A DNA stretch of 64,000 nt from Eledone cirrhosa (GCA_964016885.1 OZ024754.1:38316001-38380000), one strand, 5' to 3'. Shown: positions 12,513 to 25,968, counted from the stretch's first letter. The notes: a model not told the origin generated them from the sequence alone. Translations and numbers: made by a program.

Positions 12513-12642
12513 CGGCATTGACTTTCAATTTCTTGGCTTTTTCCACTAATTCTGGAATCCATTCCTTGGCTTCTCCAACAAATACTGCAGTGGTTAATGC
12601 CATACATCTTTGACCAGCTGCACCAAATGCTGCACCAACAAG
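12513..12642 (-). CDS. ALDH6A1: ALDH6A1 exon 11 with catalytic Cys (LVGAAFGAAGQRCMAL...)
   Basis: 130 bp; GQRCMA active-site motif. Confidence 0.97.
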
Positions 12643-14588
12643 CTGTGAGGGAAAGTGGAAAGTTGTATGATAATATTGCAATTTGTTACATGGGAATATA
12701 GGTGGCAGATTGGCAAAGTTGTGAGAGTTTGGGATAGAATTCTTTGGAATATTGGTTCCAGCTCTCTGCACCCTGAGTTCAAATCCCACCAAAGTAACTT
12801 TGCCTTTCATCGTTGTTAGGTCAATTGAAAAAAAAAAAATACCAGTCAACTACTAGGATCAATTCTTTACCCCTCTATCACTCTCACTCCTTCTTTGGGA
12901 GATATCGATTGTGTTCAGACCTGCCAGGTTTAAAATGTCCATGAGATATGTCACAAAGGTGCCCCTACGACTCCACCAAGAGTTACAGGTAAAAAAAAAA
13001 CAAAAAAAAAACAACAAAAGTATGGGAATAATTCTATTTGCAGAGTAGGAATAATGCTGAAGGTCTGATAGAAATAGAAACATTTTGCTCTATGGTTGAA
13101 TGCGCTTCCTAGCAGCAACTCTTTTAGTCACTTCTTATGACAGGCAGAGATATAGTGTACCAATTCTGAACCGGATACATGCAGTTGTTAAACAAAATGG
13201 TTGTTAAAAAAAATCAATGGCAAAGTAATGAGAAATATGTGGTCAGGAGGGACCTGTAAGGACATGCAAGTACTCATGACACCCCACCCCTCAGCACCAT
13301 AAGACCACTCCAGAACTATGTCCTCTCATGGGCACAGAATCAAAAGCAATAAGGTGACAGTGCAGGGCAGGCACAAAGCCCAGTTGTCGCAGCTATGGCA
13401 GCAAAAGCCACTTAAGGGCTTCCCGTTCTAAGAGGTAGAAAAAAGAACCAAGTAACAAGCAAGTTGCCATAGCACCATCAGTCATACCACCAGTTACATT
13501 TCTGAGTGGGAAAAATCTGCCTCTTCATTGGTTCTTGAAGTGAACAAAGCCAAGGTACCCCATCCTAATCTTGAGATAATAGAGAAAGCTATATTATGCT
13601 CAGTCTCAGTGGTGGAAGATGCTGAACTTCCTCCTCTTAAGAGTGCCATCCACATCTTTCAATGATAATGAGGATGAATTGGAGGTTGAAGAAGGCTGGA
13701 AGACTGTTGCAACAGGAAAAGAAAAGGAGTTTGGGGAGATGTTTATTGATTTTACAATATTCATCATCATCGTTTAATGTCTATCTTCCATGCTAGCATG
13801 GGTTAGATCCATTCTTTTCTTCTATTGGATTGGTAGTATCTGTAGAGCATCAGACAAGTTTTGCTGCATAGAGTTACGGCACTTTACATTCTGAGTTCAA
13901 ATCTTGTCACGGTTAAATTTGCCTTTCATCCCTACAGGGTAGGCATCAATAAAAAAAAAAGTACCAATAATACACTGGGATTGATTTAATCAACTTTCCC
14001 CTCCCCCAAAATTGCTGGCCTTGTGCCTATATAAGAAACCGAGACTAACTTTGCTTTAAATCCTTACGGGGGTCGATAAAATAAAGTACCAGTAATGCAC
14101 TGGGATAATTGCTGGCCTTGTGCCAAAAGTAGAAACAATTATTATCATTATCAGGCAGTGAATTGGCAGTATTAGTAGAGCATTGGACAACATGCTTTGC
14201 AGCATAGAGTTACGTCCCTTCTGACTTCAAATCCTGCTGAAGTTAGCTTTGCCTTTTATCCTCGCGGGGTCGATAAAATAAAGTACCAGCTACTGGGGGT
14301 CGATTTAATTGATTCTCCCCACCCCTTGAAATTGCTGGCCTTGTGCCTAAATCAGAAACCATTATTATTAACTGAATCAGTAGAGCGTCGAACTAAATGC
14401 TTTGCAGCATTTAGTTACGACCCTTGATGGTCTGAGTTCAAATCCTGCCGAGGTTAGATTTGCCTTTTATCCTTACGAGGTTGATAAAATAAAGCACCAG
14501 TAATGTACTGGGGTCGATTTAGTCGACTTTCCCTCCTCTTATCAAATATTGCTGGCCTTGTGCCAAATGTAGAAACAGCAAATATTAC

Positions 14589-14648
14589 CTGATTTAATGT
14601 CATTTCTTTATTTGCATCTGGCATGATGACACCATGGTTCTTTGCTCC
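14589..14648 (-). CDS. ALDH6A1: ALDH6A1 exon 10 (GAKNHGVIMPDANKEMTLNQ)
   Basis: 60 bp; GAKNH motif characteristic of MMSDH. Confidence 0.96.
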
Positions 14649-14911
14649 CTGGAAAGAAAAACAAAGAAATGGGGGTTTAAAACAAAAATATAATATCCAT
14701 TAAGTCACAATGCACATATCAAAGAATAAGAACCTGAAAATGATTGGAGATCAAACCTATTGATTGTTGGGTGGATCTAATTATTGGATAAAAAAAACCT
14801 TTCATCTGTAAAGATAAGATTCAGCATGACACAGTATGTAACAAGGCTATTGTAACCCAGATACACGTGGCCAACTGTGGAGCAAAAGAAATAGGATTAA
14901 ACCAAACTCAC

Positions 14912-14968
14912 CATATTTGACTGGACTCGTTTACCATTTTTAGTGCCCCTGTCATAGATATAGTTACC
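14912..14968 (-). CDS. ALDH6A1: ALDH6A1 exon 9 (GNYIYDRGTKNGKRVQSNM)
   Basis: 57 bp; CAG/GTGAG boundaries; GKRVQ.NM motif of MMSDH. Confidence 0.95.
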
Positions 14969-15029
14969 CTGTTACAGAAGAAATAACAAAAATATAATAA
15001 CGTGTTATTAAACATTGAACAAAAGACCT

Positions 15030-15220
15030 ACAGATGTACTAAAGATGTAAAGATGTACTAAAGTTCTAAAGACGTACTAAAGCTCTAAAGACGTACTAAA
15101 GCTCTAAAGACGTACTAAAGCTCTAAAGACATACTAAAGATGTAAAGATGTACTAAAGCTCTAAAGATGTACTAAAGATCTAAAGATGTACTAAAGTTCT
15201 AAAGATGTACTAAAGATGTC
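15030..15220. repeat. ~19-bp degenerate tandem repeat (GATGTACTAAAGCTCTAAA)
   Basis: Visible periodicity. Confidence 0.85.
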
Positions 15221-15464
15221 ACAATGAAAGCTTAGATCGATTTGTATTTTGAACTGCCAAGCAAAACTCATTCCTTAGGTTTAACAAAAATAAATATTAT
15301 TTGCAGTCAAAAGAGTTAATACAATACCAGCCGGTAGACTGGTATTCTGTCACTACACCATTTTATATTCTTTGTTATTTTCAAAATTATAGGCAGTGTT
15401 TTTCATTTAAAATATGGTAACGATCCTTCCATTTCATTGGAAACGCACTACCAAGATAGATAGG

Positions 15465-15780
15465 TGTCTAAGAAGCTTCTATCAAAGATGCTGCGTAAGA
15501 TTCTAATGGTCACCTGGCAAGATCGGGTTAGGAACAAAGAGATCCTGTGGAGAGCAGGGTTGTGTACACTGCAGGAGATCATCACGGAGCACCAGTTCCG
15601 TTTTACGGGTCACATTCTGTGCCTCACAAAACATCACCTGTCCAAAACAGCAATGACATTGACTCCCCGCCGAAGATAACCTGGCAACGGACATTCCAAA
15701 GTGAACCAGAAACCATTAACATCACCTGGCATAGATGTCAATGAGCTTTGCTGACCGACAGCGTTATGTGTGTGACAGCT
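15465..15780 (+). mobile_element. degenerate LINE C-terminal fragment
   Basis: LRKILMVTWQDRVRNKEIL...RFTGHIL motif typical of RTE-type LINE C-termini. Confidence 0.7.
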
Positions 15781-16315
15781 CACACCTATGCAGGTTTAGC
15801 TGGCCTCCTCCAAGGTATATCTCGTTGGAGGTGTCTTGGGTAATTTAATGATAGGGACCCCAGTCCTATCATCTCATTCCTACAGCTGAGTAAACTGGAG
15901 CAACATGAAATAAAGTGTCTTGCTCAAGGAAACAACACATTACCTGGTCCTAGAATTGAACTCACAACCTTTCGATTGCAAGCCCAATGCTCTAACCACT
16001 AAGCCATGCGCCTTCACATAGCGTTGGAGACAATAAGTTAACCTATGTTCACAATGGAACAAGCCGGATTAAGAGTTAAGAGCTTTTATTTCATAGTTTA
16101 ATCATAGGAAACAAACTATGTGTAAATAAATGTAACAATTCGTATGAATGCAGAAGTACAGAGTAGATATGGGATTCACACACACACACTGGAATCCAAA
16201 TAATCAGCTTAATTCCAAACAAAACAAACAGAATTAAAATAGAACTGTGTCAAATCTTTATATGTTAGATTCACAAAATGAAAGATGTTTAGAAATGAAA
16301 ATAAAAAAAACTTAC

Positions 16316-16380
16316 AGCTTGATCTGATCCTACAAAGGATATAGCTCTAATATCAGGATGATCACAGATAAAGTTTACAG
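16316..16380 (-). CDS. ALDH6A1: ALDH6A1 exon 8 (VNFICDHPDIRAISFVGSDQA)
   Basis: 65 bp; AISFVGS motif. Confidence 0.96.
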
Positions 16381-16479
16381 CTGAAAGTACAAAACAATAT
16401 TGAATGCATTTAATTAAATTTTTGTAATGATGGTGATAAATAGCTCGAATTATGTGTCCGAGGTGCAAAGATGATGGTT

Positions 16480-16825
16480 TAGGTGATGATGGTTTATGTG
16501 TCTGAGGTGTGATGATGGTTTATGTATCCGAGGTGTGATGATGGTTTATGTGTCTGAGGTGTGATGATGGTTTATGTGTCTGAGGTGTAATGATGGTTTA
16601 TGTGTCCGAGGTGTGATGATGGTTTATGTGTCCGAGGTGTGATGATGGTTTATGTGTCCGAGGTGTGATGATGGTTTATGTGTCCGAGGTGTGATGATCG
16701 TTTATGTGTCCGAGGTGTGATGATGGTTTATGTGTCCGAGGTGTGATGATGGTTTAATTGTCTGAGGTGTGATGATGGCTTATGTGTCTGAGGTGTGATG
16801 ATGGCTTATGTGTTTGAGGTGTGAG
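16480..16825. repeat. 26-bp minisatellite (GAGGTGTGATGATGGTTTATGTGTCC)
   Basis: About 13 copies, filling most of ALDH6A1 intron 7. Confidence 0.95.
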
Positions 16826-16853
16826 GGTGAAAAGAAAAGCTCAAACTACTTAC

Positions 16854-17001
16854 AGTCATGTCGACCATGAATAACATTCACAACACCATCAGGGAAACCA
16901 GCTTGTTTTGCCAATTCCATGAGAAGCATGCAAGCTCCTGGATCTCGTTCTGAGGGTTTAATAAGCATGGTGTTGCCACAGGTTAAGGCAATCGGAAACA
17001 T
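16854..17001 (-). CDS. ALDH6A1: ALDH6A1 exon 7 (MFPIALTCGNTMLIKPSERDPGA...VIHGRHD)
   Basis: 148 bp; KPSE motif; TAG/GTAAG boundaries. Confidence 0.96.
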
Positions 17002-17102
17002 CTAGCAATTAAAACATTTAAACAAAACTTTAGTAATAAAATATATATGCACATTCATTTAATGGCTAAGTGACGAGCCTTTATATATATATATATATAT
17101 AT

Positions 17103-17145
<43 letters not shown>

Positions 17146-17146
<1 letters not shown>

Positions 17147-18119
17147 TAACTAACGTACCCAGCTTCGCCCGGGTAAACAGATGGTAAGAGAAGACAGGTA
17201 GAAGAGAAAACGACTGTATTGATGCGTTGTCTGGTTTACAGCATGAATTGAGACCATGGTGTGTGTGCGTGTTTTACGACAAAATAAACAGTAAAAAAAT
17301 CTTTCAGATACACCAGATTGTTTGTTTTACCGTTCGTGCATAGTATATATGAAGATTTCTAGGGGTTTCCACTTGTGAACAACCTACATACATATATATG
17401 TCCAGGGGTAAAAAGCGATTCTCTTGTATTCAATTCTATAACTTTGAAACTCTGAGCCTGAGCTTTATGTACGGTTATAGCAAAGCTGGCTCTGACAGGG
17501 AACTGAAGTCTTGAGAATTTGAACGGCAGCTCCGTAGAGGAAGGCATAAGAGGAATCTTGGGAATAAATGCATTTTCTACTTGATGATTGCCTCCAAGAA
17601 TAGAGACCTCTAGGAGATGGTTCATCATCCTCCTGGCTGTAAAGTGTGTGCCATTGCATAGAAGTAGTGGGTCCATGTTTCTCAAAAGGATGATGGAGGT
17701 TCCAATATTTTATATTATATGTAGATATAGATATAGATAATTGTATATAAAAGTGTGTGTGCGTGTGAGTGTGCACGTGTGAGTGTCTGAACGGTGTGTT
17801 TAATTCTCTGTGCATCTTATTAAGTATTTACGTGAAGATGTGTGTATGTAACTTACTAAGGTGTAACGTACGTAACGAACATGCAAACACACACTCATAA
17901 ACAAAATGTGGCATCATCGTTGTGTTATAAAATATCCATTTATAGTTGTCTATAGTAGATTATTTTAAATAAAGTGTTATATTGTTTTAATCCAAATGAA
18001 AATAAAAATTGTATGTTGGCACTCCCGGGGTCTGATACCTTGTAAAATTTGATTTGATTTGGTCGAGCCAGTTGGGAATGCATAAGGAGAAGACAGACAG
18101 ACAGATAGACAAAGAATTT

Positions 18120-18121
<2 letters not shown>
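17146..18121 (-). mobile_element. non-autonomous Helitron remnant carrying a PIF1-helicase C-terminal fragment
   Basis: LCNGT...FIPKIPL...RLQFPVRASFAITVHKAQAQS. 3' GC-rich hairpin ACCCGGGCGAAGCTGGGT followed by a TTAG end; (CTGT)n near the 5' end; inserted in (TA)n. Confidence 0.82.
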
Positions 18122-18159
<38 letters not shown>

Positions 18160-18392
18160 ACAATCACCGTCATTTTAACATCTGCTTTCCCTGCTAGCAA
18201 GGGTTGGACAGGTCTACATAGACCAACTCGGTACAGAAGCAGGGTTACTAACCTCCCAGACAGGTTAGCGGGTCTGTTATCTTGCTCACGTACAGTCTCT
18301 TATACACACACACACACACACATATATATATAAAAACACCTGAAATACTTTCTCTTCATCCTTCATCAAGTAACTTCAAAGACTTTGCTTAC

Positions 18393-18547
18393 CCACAAAG
18401 GTATCATTGCAGGGAAATTAAAGGGTGTGATTCCAGCACAAACTCCCAGAGGTTCTCGGATGGTCATTGTATCCATGTCTTTGGCAATTCCAGTTAATGT
18501 TTCACCCAGGCACGTGGAAGATAAACTACAGCAAGTCTCAACAACCT
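18393..18547 (-). CDS. ALDH6A1: ALDH6A1 exon 6 (VVETCC...EPLGVCAGITPFNFPAMIPLW)
   Basis: 155 bp; NAD-binding PFNFP motif; phases match both neighbouring exons. Confidence 0.96.
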
Positions 18548-19098
18548 CTAGATAAAGTGGAAATTGATATATTGTAAGAAGGCTAAAACAATGCAAAATA
18601 TTTCGAGACTTAAAATTCCCTTCGTCAGAGTATAGGGAACTTTCATAGATTTCAGAGTAGAAAAATAATTGTTTCTCCTTTAGGTACAAGGCCAGCAATT
18701 ACCCAGTGCATTACTGGTACTTTTATTTTATCGAACCCGTAAGGATGAAAGGCAAAGTCAACCTCGGCGGGATTTGAATTCAGATCATAAAGGGGCGTAA
18801 CTCTATGCTTCAAAGCATGGTGTCCGACTCTCTACCGATACTGCCAATCCAAAATAATAAACAGTAAAGAGGGATCCTTGTAAATTCCCCGCTCCCAAAA
18901 AAACTACAAAGTACTTTTTCTAAAAGATTAGGTGTACACTTGGGTCTCAAATAATGTATATATATATATATATATATGAAACTGTGTATATATATGAAAC
19001 TGTATATATATATATATATGAAACTGTATATATATATATATAGATATATATGAAACTGTGTATATATATGAAATTGTGTATATATATATATATATGAA

Positions 19099-19151
<53 letters not shown>

Positions 19152-19248
19152 TGTATATATATATGAAACTGTATATATATATATAGAGATATATATGAAA
19201 CTGTGTATATATATGAAATTGTGCATATATGGCTGTGAAACTACTTAC

Positions 19249-19327
19249 GTAGACCTCGAAGAACATCTCCTTCGGCATCAATCAGAGTCTTCCCTTGTTC
19301 TTCTGTGATGTTTTTTGCCACCTTCCC
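19249..19327 (-). CDS. ALDH6A1: ALDH6A1 exon 5 ([26 protein letters not shown])
   Basis: 79 bp, TAG/GTAAG boundaries; EQGKT..DAEGDV.RGL motif. Confidence 0.95.
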
Positions 19328-19794
19328 CTATATAAATATAAGTACAAACATTTATCACAAAAGGAAAGAAAAAAAAAATTTCAAACAAATCCATATTACA
19401 AAACCCCTTTCTTTAAGCTAGGCCAATCTTAGGAAGATTGTTTGCTGATTATATAACTCAAAGAGCAGAGAGGGGGAACAAATGCTGCAAAGCTTTCTAT
19501 CCAAAGTTCTAACAACGTTGCCAATTCACCACCTCAGAAATAAGGTAATGAAAGGGTAAAAGTAACATCTAGTATTCCACCAAGCCATACTTAAAATGAA
19601 TCTGTTCTGGCATGTGAAGGATTGTATTTAAAATACTTTGGTTGTTGTTAGTTTTCTTTTCTTTTTATTACATATTAAGCAGAAGAAAGTACACATATCT
19701 AAAGTTCATTATATTACTAAATCCTTCCAAATTTTTGAATATTTTCAAAATTAATTAAAAAGGTGCAGTAATGCTCCAGCTTTAGCATTCAGTA

Positions 19795-20490
19795 ATCAGA
19801 AGGGAGGTAGGTGTAAAAGCCAAATTCGTTAACTTCAATTCGGTATTCATGCCAACTCTCACCTATGGTCATGAACCTTGGGTAATGACCAAAAGAATAC
19901 AATTACAAATACAAGCAGCCAAAATGGGGTTCCTCCAAAGGGTCTTTGGAATAATTGTTTCTACTTTAGGCACAAGGCCAGCAATTACCCAGTGCATTAC
20001 TGGTACTTTATTTTATCGACCCCGTAAGGATGAAAGGCAAAGTCAACCTCGGCGGGATTTGAACTCAGATCGTAAAGGGACGTAACTATGCTGGAAAGCA
20101 TGGCGTCCGACCCTCTACCGATACTGCCAATTCACCGTGCTGTCTTTGGAATAATGTTACTCAATAAAGTGCATAGCTCGGAGATCAGAGAATCACTAGA
20201 GGAAGAGCCACTACTTCTCCAAATTGAAAGATCACAGCTTCGATACTATGGGCATGTGGTTAGAATGTCTCACGAAAGAATTGCTGGACAGATTTTATGA
20301 GCAAAGCCAACCGGCAGGATACCCAGGGGTAGAACCCAAGCAAGATTGTTGGGTAACATCCATGAGTTTAGTTGGTTTCACTTGGGGATCCAGCCGGGAT
20401 CAGTTGGAGACAGTTGCTTCTGACAAGACCCACTTGAAGGAATGTCTTAGGACTCTGCCTCCATGACTCTCAGGAATAAATAGGCGAAGA
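19795..20490 (+). mobile_element. RTE-like LINE 3' fragment (a different family) interrupted by a SINE
   Basis: PTLTYGHEPWVMT..IQAAKMGFL and IERSQLRYYGHVVRM; SINE at ~19956-20140 with TSD GTCTTTGGAATAAT. Confidence 0.8.
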
Positions 20491-20548
20491 AGAATTAAAA
20501 AGTTTTGGCAGTGTCTTTCATTAGAAATATCGTAATGAAAAGGTTAAT

Positions 20549-21212
20549 CCTAGGCCAGCGGTATACAGGCTAACCTAGGCCAGCGGTATACAGGCTAACG
20601 GTATACAGGCTAACCTAGGCCAGCGGTATACAGGCTAACGGTATACAGGCTAACCTAGGCCAGCGGTATACAGGCTAACCTAGGCCAGCGGTATACAGGC
20701 TAACCTAGGCCAGCGGTATACAGGCTAACCTAGGCCAGTGGTGTATAGGCTAACCTAGGCCAGCGGTGTATAGGCTAACCTAGGCCAGTGGTGTATAGGC
20801 TAACCTAGGCCAGCGGTGTATAGGCTAACCTAGGCCAGTGGTGTATAGGCTAACCTAGGCCAGTGGTGTATAGGCTAACCTAGGCCAGTGGTGTATAGGC
20901 TAACCTAGGCCAGTGGTATACAGGCTAACCTAGGCCAGCGGTGTATAGGCTAACCTAGGCCAGTGGTGTATAGGCTAACCTAGGCCAGTGGTGTATAGGC
21001 TAACCTAGGCCAGTGGTATACAGGCTAACCTAGGCCAGCGGTATACAGGCTAACCTAGGCCAGTGGTGTATAGGCTAACCTAGGCCTGTGGTATATAGGC
21101 TAACCTAGGCCAGCGGTATACAGGCTAACCTAGGCCAGTGGTATACAGGCTAACCTAGGCCAGTGGTATACAGGCTAACCTAGGCCAGTGGTATACAGGC
21201 TAACCTAGGCCA
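20549..21212. repeat. 25-bp minisatellite (CCTAGGCCAG(C/T)GGT(A/G)TA(C/T)AGGCTAA)
   Basis: About 26 copies, ending ~45 bp from the exon 4 donor. Confidence 0.95.
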
Positions 21213-21255
21213 AAGCATCACAAATTCCCCACGCAACCAACATAGAATAACATAC

Positions 21256-21417
21256 CATATTATCTTTGATCAGTTGTTGGAGATTAAACATACATTGCTG
21301 TCTGGTTAGAATGGTGCTGCTACGCCATGTTTGGAATGCTTTTTTACAGGATTCTACAGCAGCATTCATCTCCTCCTGTGTAGATTCTGGCACTCTTGTA
21401 ACGACTTCATTGGTAGC
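21256..21417 (-). CDS. ALDH6A1: ALDH6A1 exon 4 (ATNEVVTRVPESTQEEM...LIKDNM)
   Basis: 162 bp, CAG/GTATG boundaries, MMSDH-like sequence. Confidence 0.95.
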
Positions 21418-21509
21418 CTGTCAGGTAGAGAGAGAGTATATTGATTATATACATACATGCTTTTCTACAGTGTATATATGTATGTACTTGAGAGAGAAAG
21501 AAAGTGTGA

Positions 21510-21717
21510 ATGTGTGTGTTTCTGTGGTGCATATGTGCATTCATTGTGTGTGTGTGTGTCTGTGTGTGTGCACGTGTGTCTGTGTGTGTGCACGTGTGTC
21601 TGTCTGTGTGCGCGTGTGTCTGTCTGTGTGTGTGCGCATCTGTGTGCGTGTGTCTATGCATGTCTGTCTGTCTGTGTGTGTGCCTGTCTGTCTGCCTGTC
21701 TGCCTGTCTGTGTGCGT

Positions 21718-21752
<35 letters not shown>

Positions 21753-21845
21753 AGTGTGTCTATGCATATGTCTGTCTGTGTGTTTGTGTCTATGCATGTC
21801 TGTCTCTGTGTGTGTGCATGTGTCTGTGTATTTCAGTATATGTGT
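21510..21845. repeat. (TG)n/(TCTG)n compound microsatellite
   Basis: Directly visible. Confidence 0.95.
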
Positions 21846-21869
21846 TTACAAATGAATCTATATACTCAC

Positions 21870-21944
21870 AGGATTGTGTAGGTCAATCCATTTGTTTGTC
21901 TTCGACTCCACAAATTCTCCATCAATGAACATTTTTGTAGTTGG
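21870..21944 (-). CDS. ALDH6A1: ALDH6A1 exon 3 (PTTKMFIDGEFVESKTNKWIDLHNP)
   Basis: 75 bp, AG/GT bounded; typical ALDH N-terminal motif FIDGEFVES. Confidence 0.95.
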
Positions 21945-22269
21945 CTGCAATAATAATTCACCAAAACATATTTCATTCCTCTATTTCTACACAATCGTAA
22001 TAGAGATCATTATCGAATGGTTCTTACTCGAGTGTGGTGATCACAGACATCCATCAACATTGTCACCATCATTATTTAATGCCTGTCTTTCCTGCTAGAA
22101 AGGGTTGGATGGGTCTTCACAGGCCAAGGCAGTACTCAAGCGGAGCTACAACCTCTCAGATGGGCCACGAGGCTGGTTTTTGCTTTGCTAAGATATGCTC
22201 TTACACTCTACCAAGGGCTCAGGTGAAGCAGGAGGCCACATCTTGCTTATATGTGTTCCTGCACTTTAA

Positions 22270-22476
22270 CCCTTTAGCATTTAAAACTGACCGTATCTGG
22301 TCAGAATTCTCTTACCTCTCTCTGTTCAAACCGGCTGTAATCAGCTGCTTCTACTTATGTTAAAGTATTGTTCTCAAAATCTCCTAGATTCGATATTATG
22401 TGAAATAATTATGTAAGATAAAGCCTTTACCACAAAAATACAATAGTATGTATAGAGTAATGTAAATGCTAAAGGG
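22270..22476. mobile_element. piggyBac-type MITE (other copies ~530-755, ~12049-12270, 25707-26585 composite, ~27446-27670, ~30710-31214, ~45177-45398)
   Basis: TTAA|CCCTTTAGCATTTA ... TAAATGCTAAAGGG|TTAA, i.e. a TTAA TSD and CCC-initiated TIRs. Confidence 0.85.
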
Positions 22477-23037
22477 TTAAGAAGATTCAACTCAAAGTCC
22501 TGTACCATATGAAACCACATTAGCAAGACATTCTTGAAAAATACAAAACAGCACTATAACGACATCACATTAAATATTAATGAGCTAGGGTGGTGTTGCA
22601 TGGGATCCAATCGGACCAGTTGGAGATGGTTGCTTCTGACATGACCCGTTGAAAGGATTGTTTGAGGACTCTGCCCCTACGACCCTCTCAGGAATAAGTG
22701 GGCTAAGAAGATATATATATATAATTGTTTCTACTTTAGGCACAAGGCCAGCAATTACTCAGTACATTACTGGTACTTTATTTTATCGACCCCGTAAGGA
22801 TGAAAGGCAAAGTTAACCTCGGCGGGATTTGAACTCAGACTGTAAAGGGACGTAACTATGCTAGAAAGCATGGCGTCCAACCCTCTACCGATACTGCCAA
22901 TTATATATAATATATATAATATATATACGTAACAAAAATATTAATTTTTCTCTAAAGCATATTCTGGTATGGTCTTAAATATTTACATGGTAATTTTGAC
23001 AATTAATAAGACAAATAAAATATAGGAAAAAACTTAC

Positions 23038-23094
23038 AATTCCATAGCGAACAGTTTGAGAGTGGAACTGAGAGATTGAGGTGAAGAAAAATTT
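23038..23094 (-). CDS. ALDH6A1: ALDH6A1 exon 2 (KFFFTSISQFHSQTVRYGI)
   Basis: TTCCAG acceptor and GTAAG donor; 57 bp, phase 0-0, open frame; presequence-like. Confidence 0.7.
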
Positions 23095-23819
23095 CTGGAA
23101 GTAAAAACATAAAAGTCAACTTAAGTCATAAGTTTGAATACCAAATATTTGTTTCTGATATAGGCACAAGGCCAGCAAATTTGGGGTGAGGAATGTCAAT
23201 CAAATCCACCCCAGTACTTCACCGGTACTTTATTTTATCAACCTCAGAAGGATGAAAGTGAATGCCAAATAATAAATACATTTTATTTGAAGTTTTAGAA
23301 TATAGTGTTTTATTAAAAGGCTACCACAACACAAATTGGACATTGCTAAAAAATATGATAATAAAGATGTTACCTTAGAGATTTTTTTTTTTTTATTCTT
23401 TATTTTAGGATAAAATCTCTTCATCAAAAAAGAAACTAAAAAAAAACAGAATATCAATTTTGAGCTGCCATTTGTGTCATGTAAAGTACTACACATTGAC
23501 TGCCGAGGTCAACTTAGCCTTTCATCCATTCAAGGTTGATAAAAAAATACCAGTTTAGTACTAGGGTTGAACCTTCCTCCATATCTCTTTCTCACTTCCA
23601 ACCTATCACTCTCTATCCTTCTCTGGAAGAAGTCTGTTTATTCAGACAAGGAGAGGAGATGGGCCTACCAGGGTTTAAAATGCCCTAGAAACACAGGAGT
23701 TATGGGACCATGCTTGCATGCATATTTCTTTTAGGTGGCAAATTGATAGAGTCGTTAGAACATCAGAACTGTTTCTGGCTTGGTCTCTACAGCTGGATGC
23801 CCTTCCTAATGCCAATCAC

Positions 23820-25275
23820 ATTTAGTGTGTGTGCTTTTTGTTGTGACACCTACATGACCACTTTACAATGTGTGCTGGGTGCTTTCTGTTGTGACACCTA
23901 CATGACCACTTTACAGTGTGTGTTGGGTGTCTTTTTGTTGTGACACCTACATGACCACTTTACAATGTGTGCTGGGTGCTTTCTGTTGTGACACCTACAT
24001 GACCACTTTACAGTGTGTGTTGGGTGTCTTTTTGTTGTGACACCTACATGACCACTTTACAGTGTGTGCTGGGTGCTTTCTGTTGTGACACCTACATGAC
24101 CACTTTACAGTGTGTGTTGGGTGTCTTTTTGTTGTGACACCTACATGACCACTTTACAATGTGTGCTGGGTGCTTTCTGTTGTGACACCTACATGACCAC
24201 TTTACAGTGTGTGTTGGGTGTCTTTTTGTTGTGACAACTACATGACCACTTTACAGTGTGTGCTGGGTGCTTTCTGTTGTGACACCTACATGACCACTTT
24301 ACAATGTGTGCTGGGTGCTTTCTGTTGTGACACCTACATGACCACTTTACAGTGTGTGTTGGGTGTCTTTTTGTTGTGACACCTACATGACCACTTTACA
24401 ATGTGTGCTGGGTGCTTTCTGTTGTGACACCTACATGACCACTTTACAGTGTGTGTTGGGTGTCTTTTTGTTGTGACACCTACATGACCACTTTACAATG
24501 TGTGCTGGGTGCTTTCTGTTGTGACACCTACATGACCACTTTACAGTGTGTGTTGGGTGTCTTTTTGTTGTGACACCTACATGACCACTTTACAGTGTGT
24601 GCTGGGTGCTTTCTGTTGTGACACCTACATGACCACTTTACAGTGTGTGTTGGGTGTCTTTTTGTTGTGACACCTACATGACCACTTTACAATGTGTGCT
24701 GGGTGCTTTCTGTTGTGACACCTACATGACCACTTTACAGTGTGTGTTGGGTGTCTTTTTGTTGTGACAACTACATGACCACTTTACAGTGTGTGCTGGG
24801 TGCTTTTTGTTGTGACACCTACATGACCACTTTACAGTGTGTGTTGGGTGTCTTTTTGTTGTGACAACTACATGACCACTTTACATTGTGTGCTGGGTGC
24901 TTTCTGTTGTGACAACTACATGACCACTTTACAATGTGTGCTGGGTGCTTTTTGTTGTGACTCCTACACAACCATTTTACAATGTGTTGGGTCTTTTATC
25001 ATGACACTTACATGACCATTTTACAATGTGTGTTGGGTGCTTTTTGTCATGACACTTACATGACTACTTTACAGTGTGTGTTGGGTGTCTTTTATCATGA
25101 CACCTACATGACCATTTTACAATGCGTGTTGGGTGCTTTTTGTCATGACACTTACATGACTACTTTACAGTGTGTGTTGGGTGTCTTTTATCATGACACC
25201 TACATGACCATTTTACAATGTGTGTTGGGTGCTTTTTGTCATGACACTTACATGACTACTTTGCAGTGTGGGCTG
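23820..25275. repeat. ~47/48-bp minisatellite derived from the RTE 3' UTR
   Basis: Unit CACTTTACAGTGTGTGCTGGGTGCTTTCTGTTGTGACACCTACATGAC, preceded by RTE tail sequence CTACAGCTGGATGCCCTTCCTAA. Confidence 0.93.
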
Positions 25276-25968
25276 GAGGCTTCTTTAGATGTATGCTACA
25301 GCCTGTTCCTCATGGGAGATGTATGAGCAGGTGGGGTGGAGTGTGTGTGTGGGGGGTGCCCATGTATCTGTTCATATATGTGTTTGTATGCTTCTCTTTT
25401 ATATTATCTTTTTTATACTGTTATAACTTCTTTAATTTTCTTTATCTTAATTATCTACCTAATTTCATTTTTTTTTTTTTTTTTTCATACTATCATATCT
25501 ATTTTATCTGTGAGCACCTTTAATATTATGACCTATCTTATTTAATACCAAAGTAACATACTCCAATTCTCACTCTCCTATTCGACTCTCCCATCTCCAA
25601 TTTCAGGGGTTTATACTAAACCACGTGAAACTGCTCCTGATTCTACAATACTAAGCTATTTTTATTTACCTAGAAACCTTCCATCATTTAATACAAAAAT
25701 GTTTAACCCTTTAGCATTCACATTACTCTATATTTACTATTGTATTTTCACGTCGAACACTTTATCTCACATAATATCGAATCTATGAGATTTTGATGTT
25801 ATTTATTTTGAGAAAACTACCTTAACCCTTTAGCATTCACATTACTCTATATTTACTATTGTATTTTCACATCGAACACTTTATCTCACATAATATCGAA
25901 TCTATGAGATTTTGATGTTATTTATTTTGAGAAAACTACCTTAACCCTTTAGCATTCACATTACTCTG

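Noticed and set aside
18595-18640. Minus-strand CTGACGA-AGGGA...TCTC-GAAA hammerhead-like core
   Set aside because: No stem I partner or stem III; at best a decayed fragment.
18810-21928. ORFs rich in YI/CV dipeptides
   Set aside because: Translations of (TA)n and (TG)n microsatellites.
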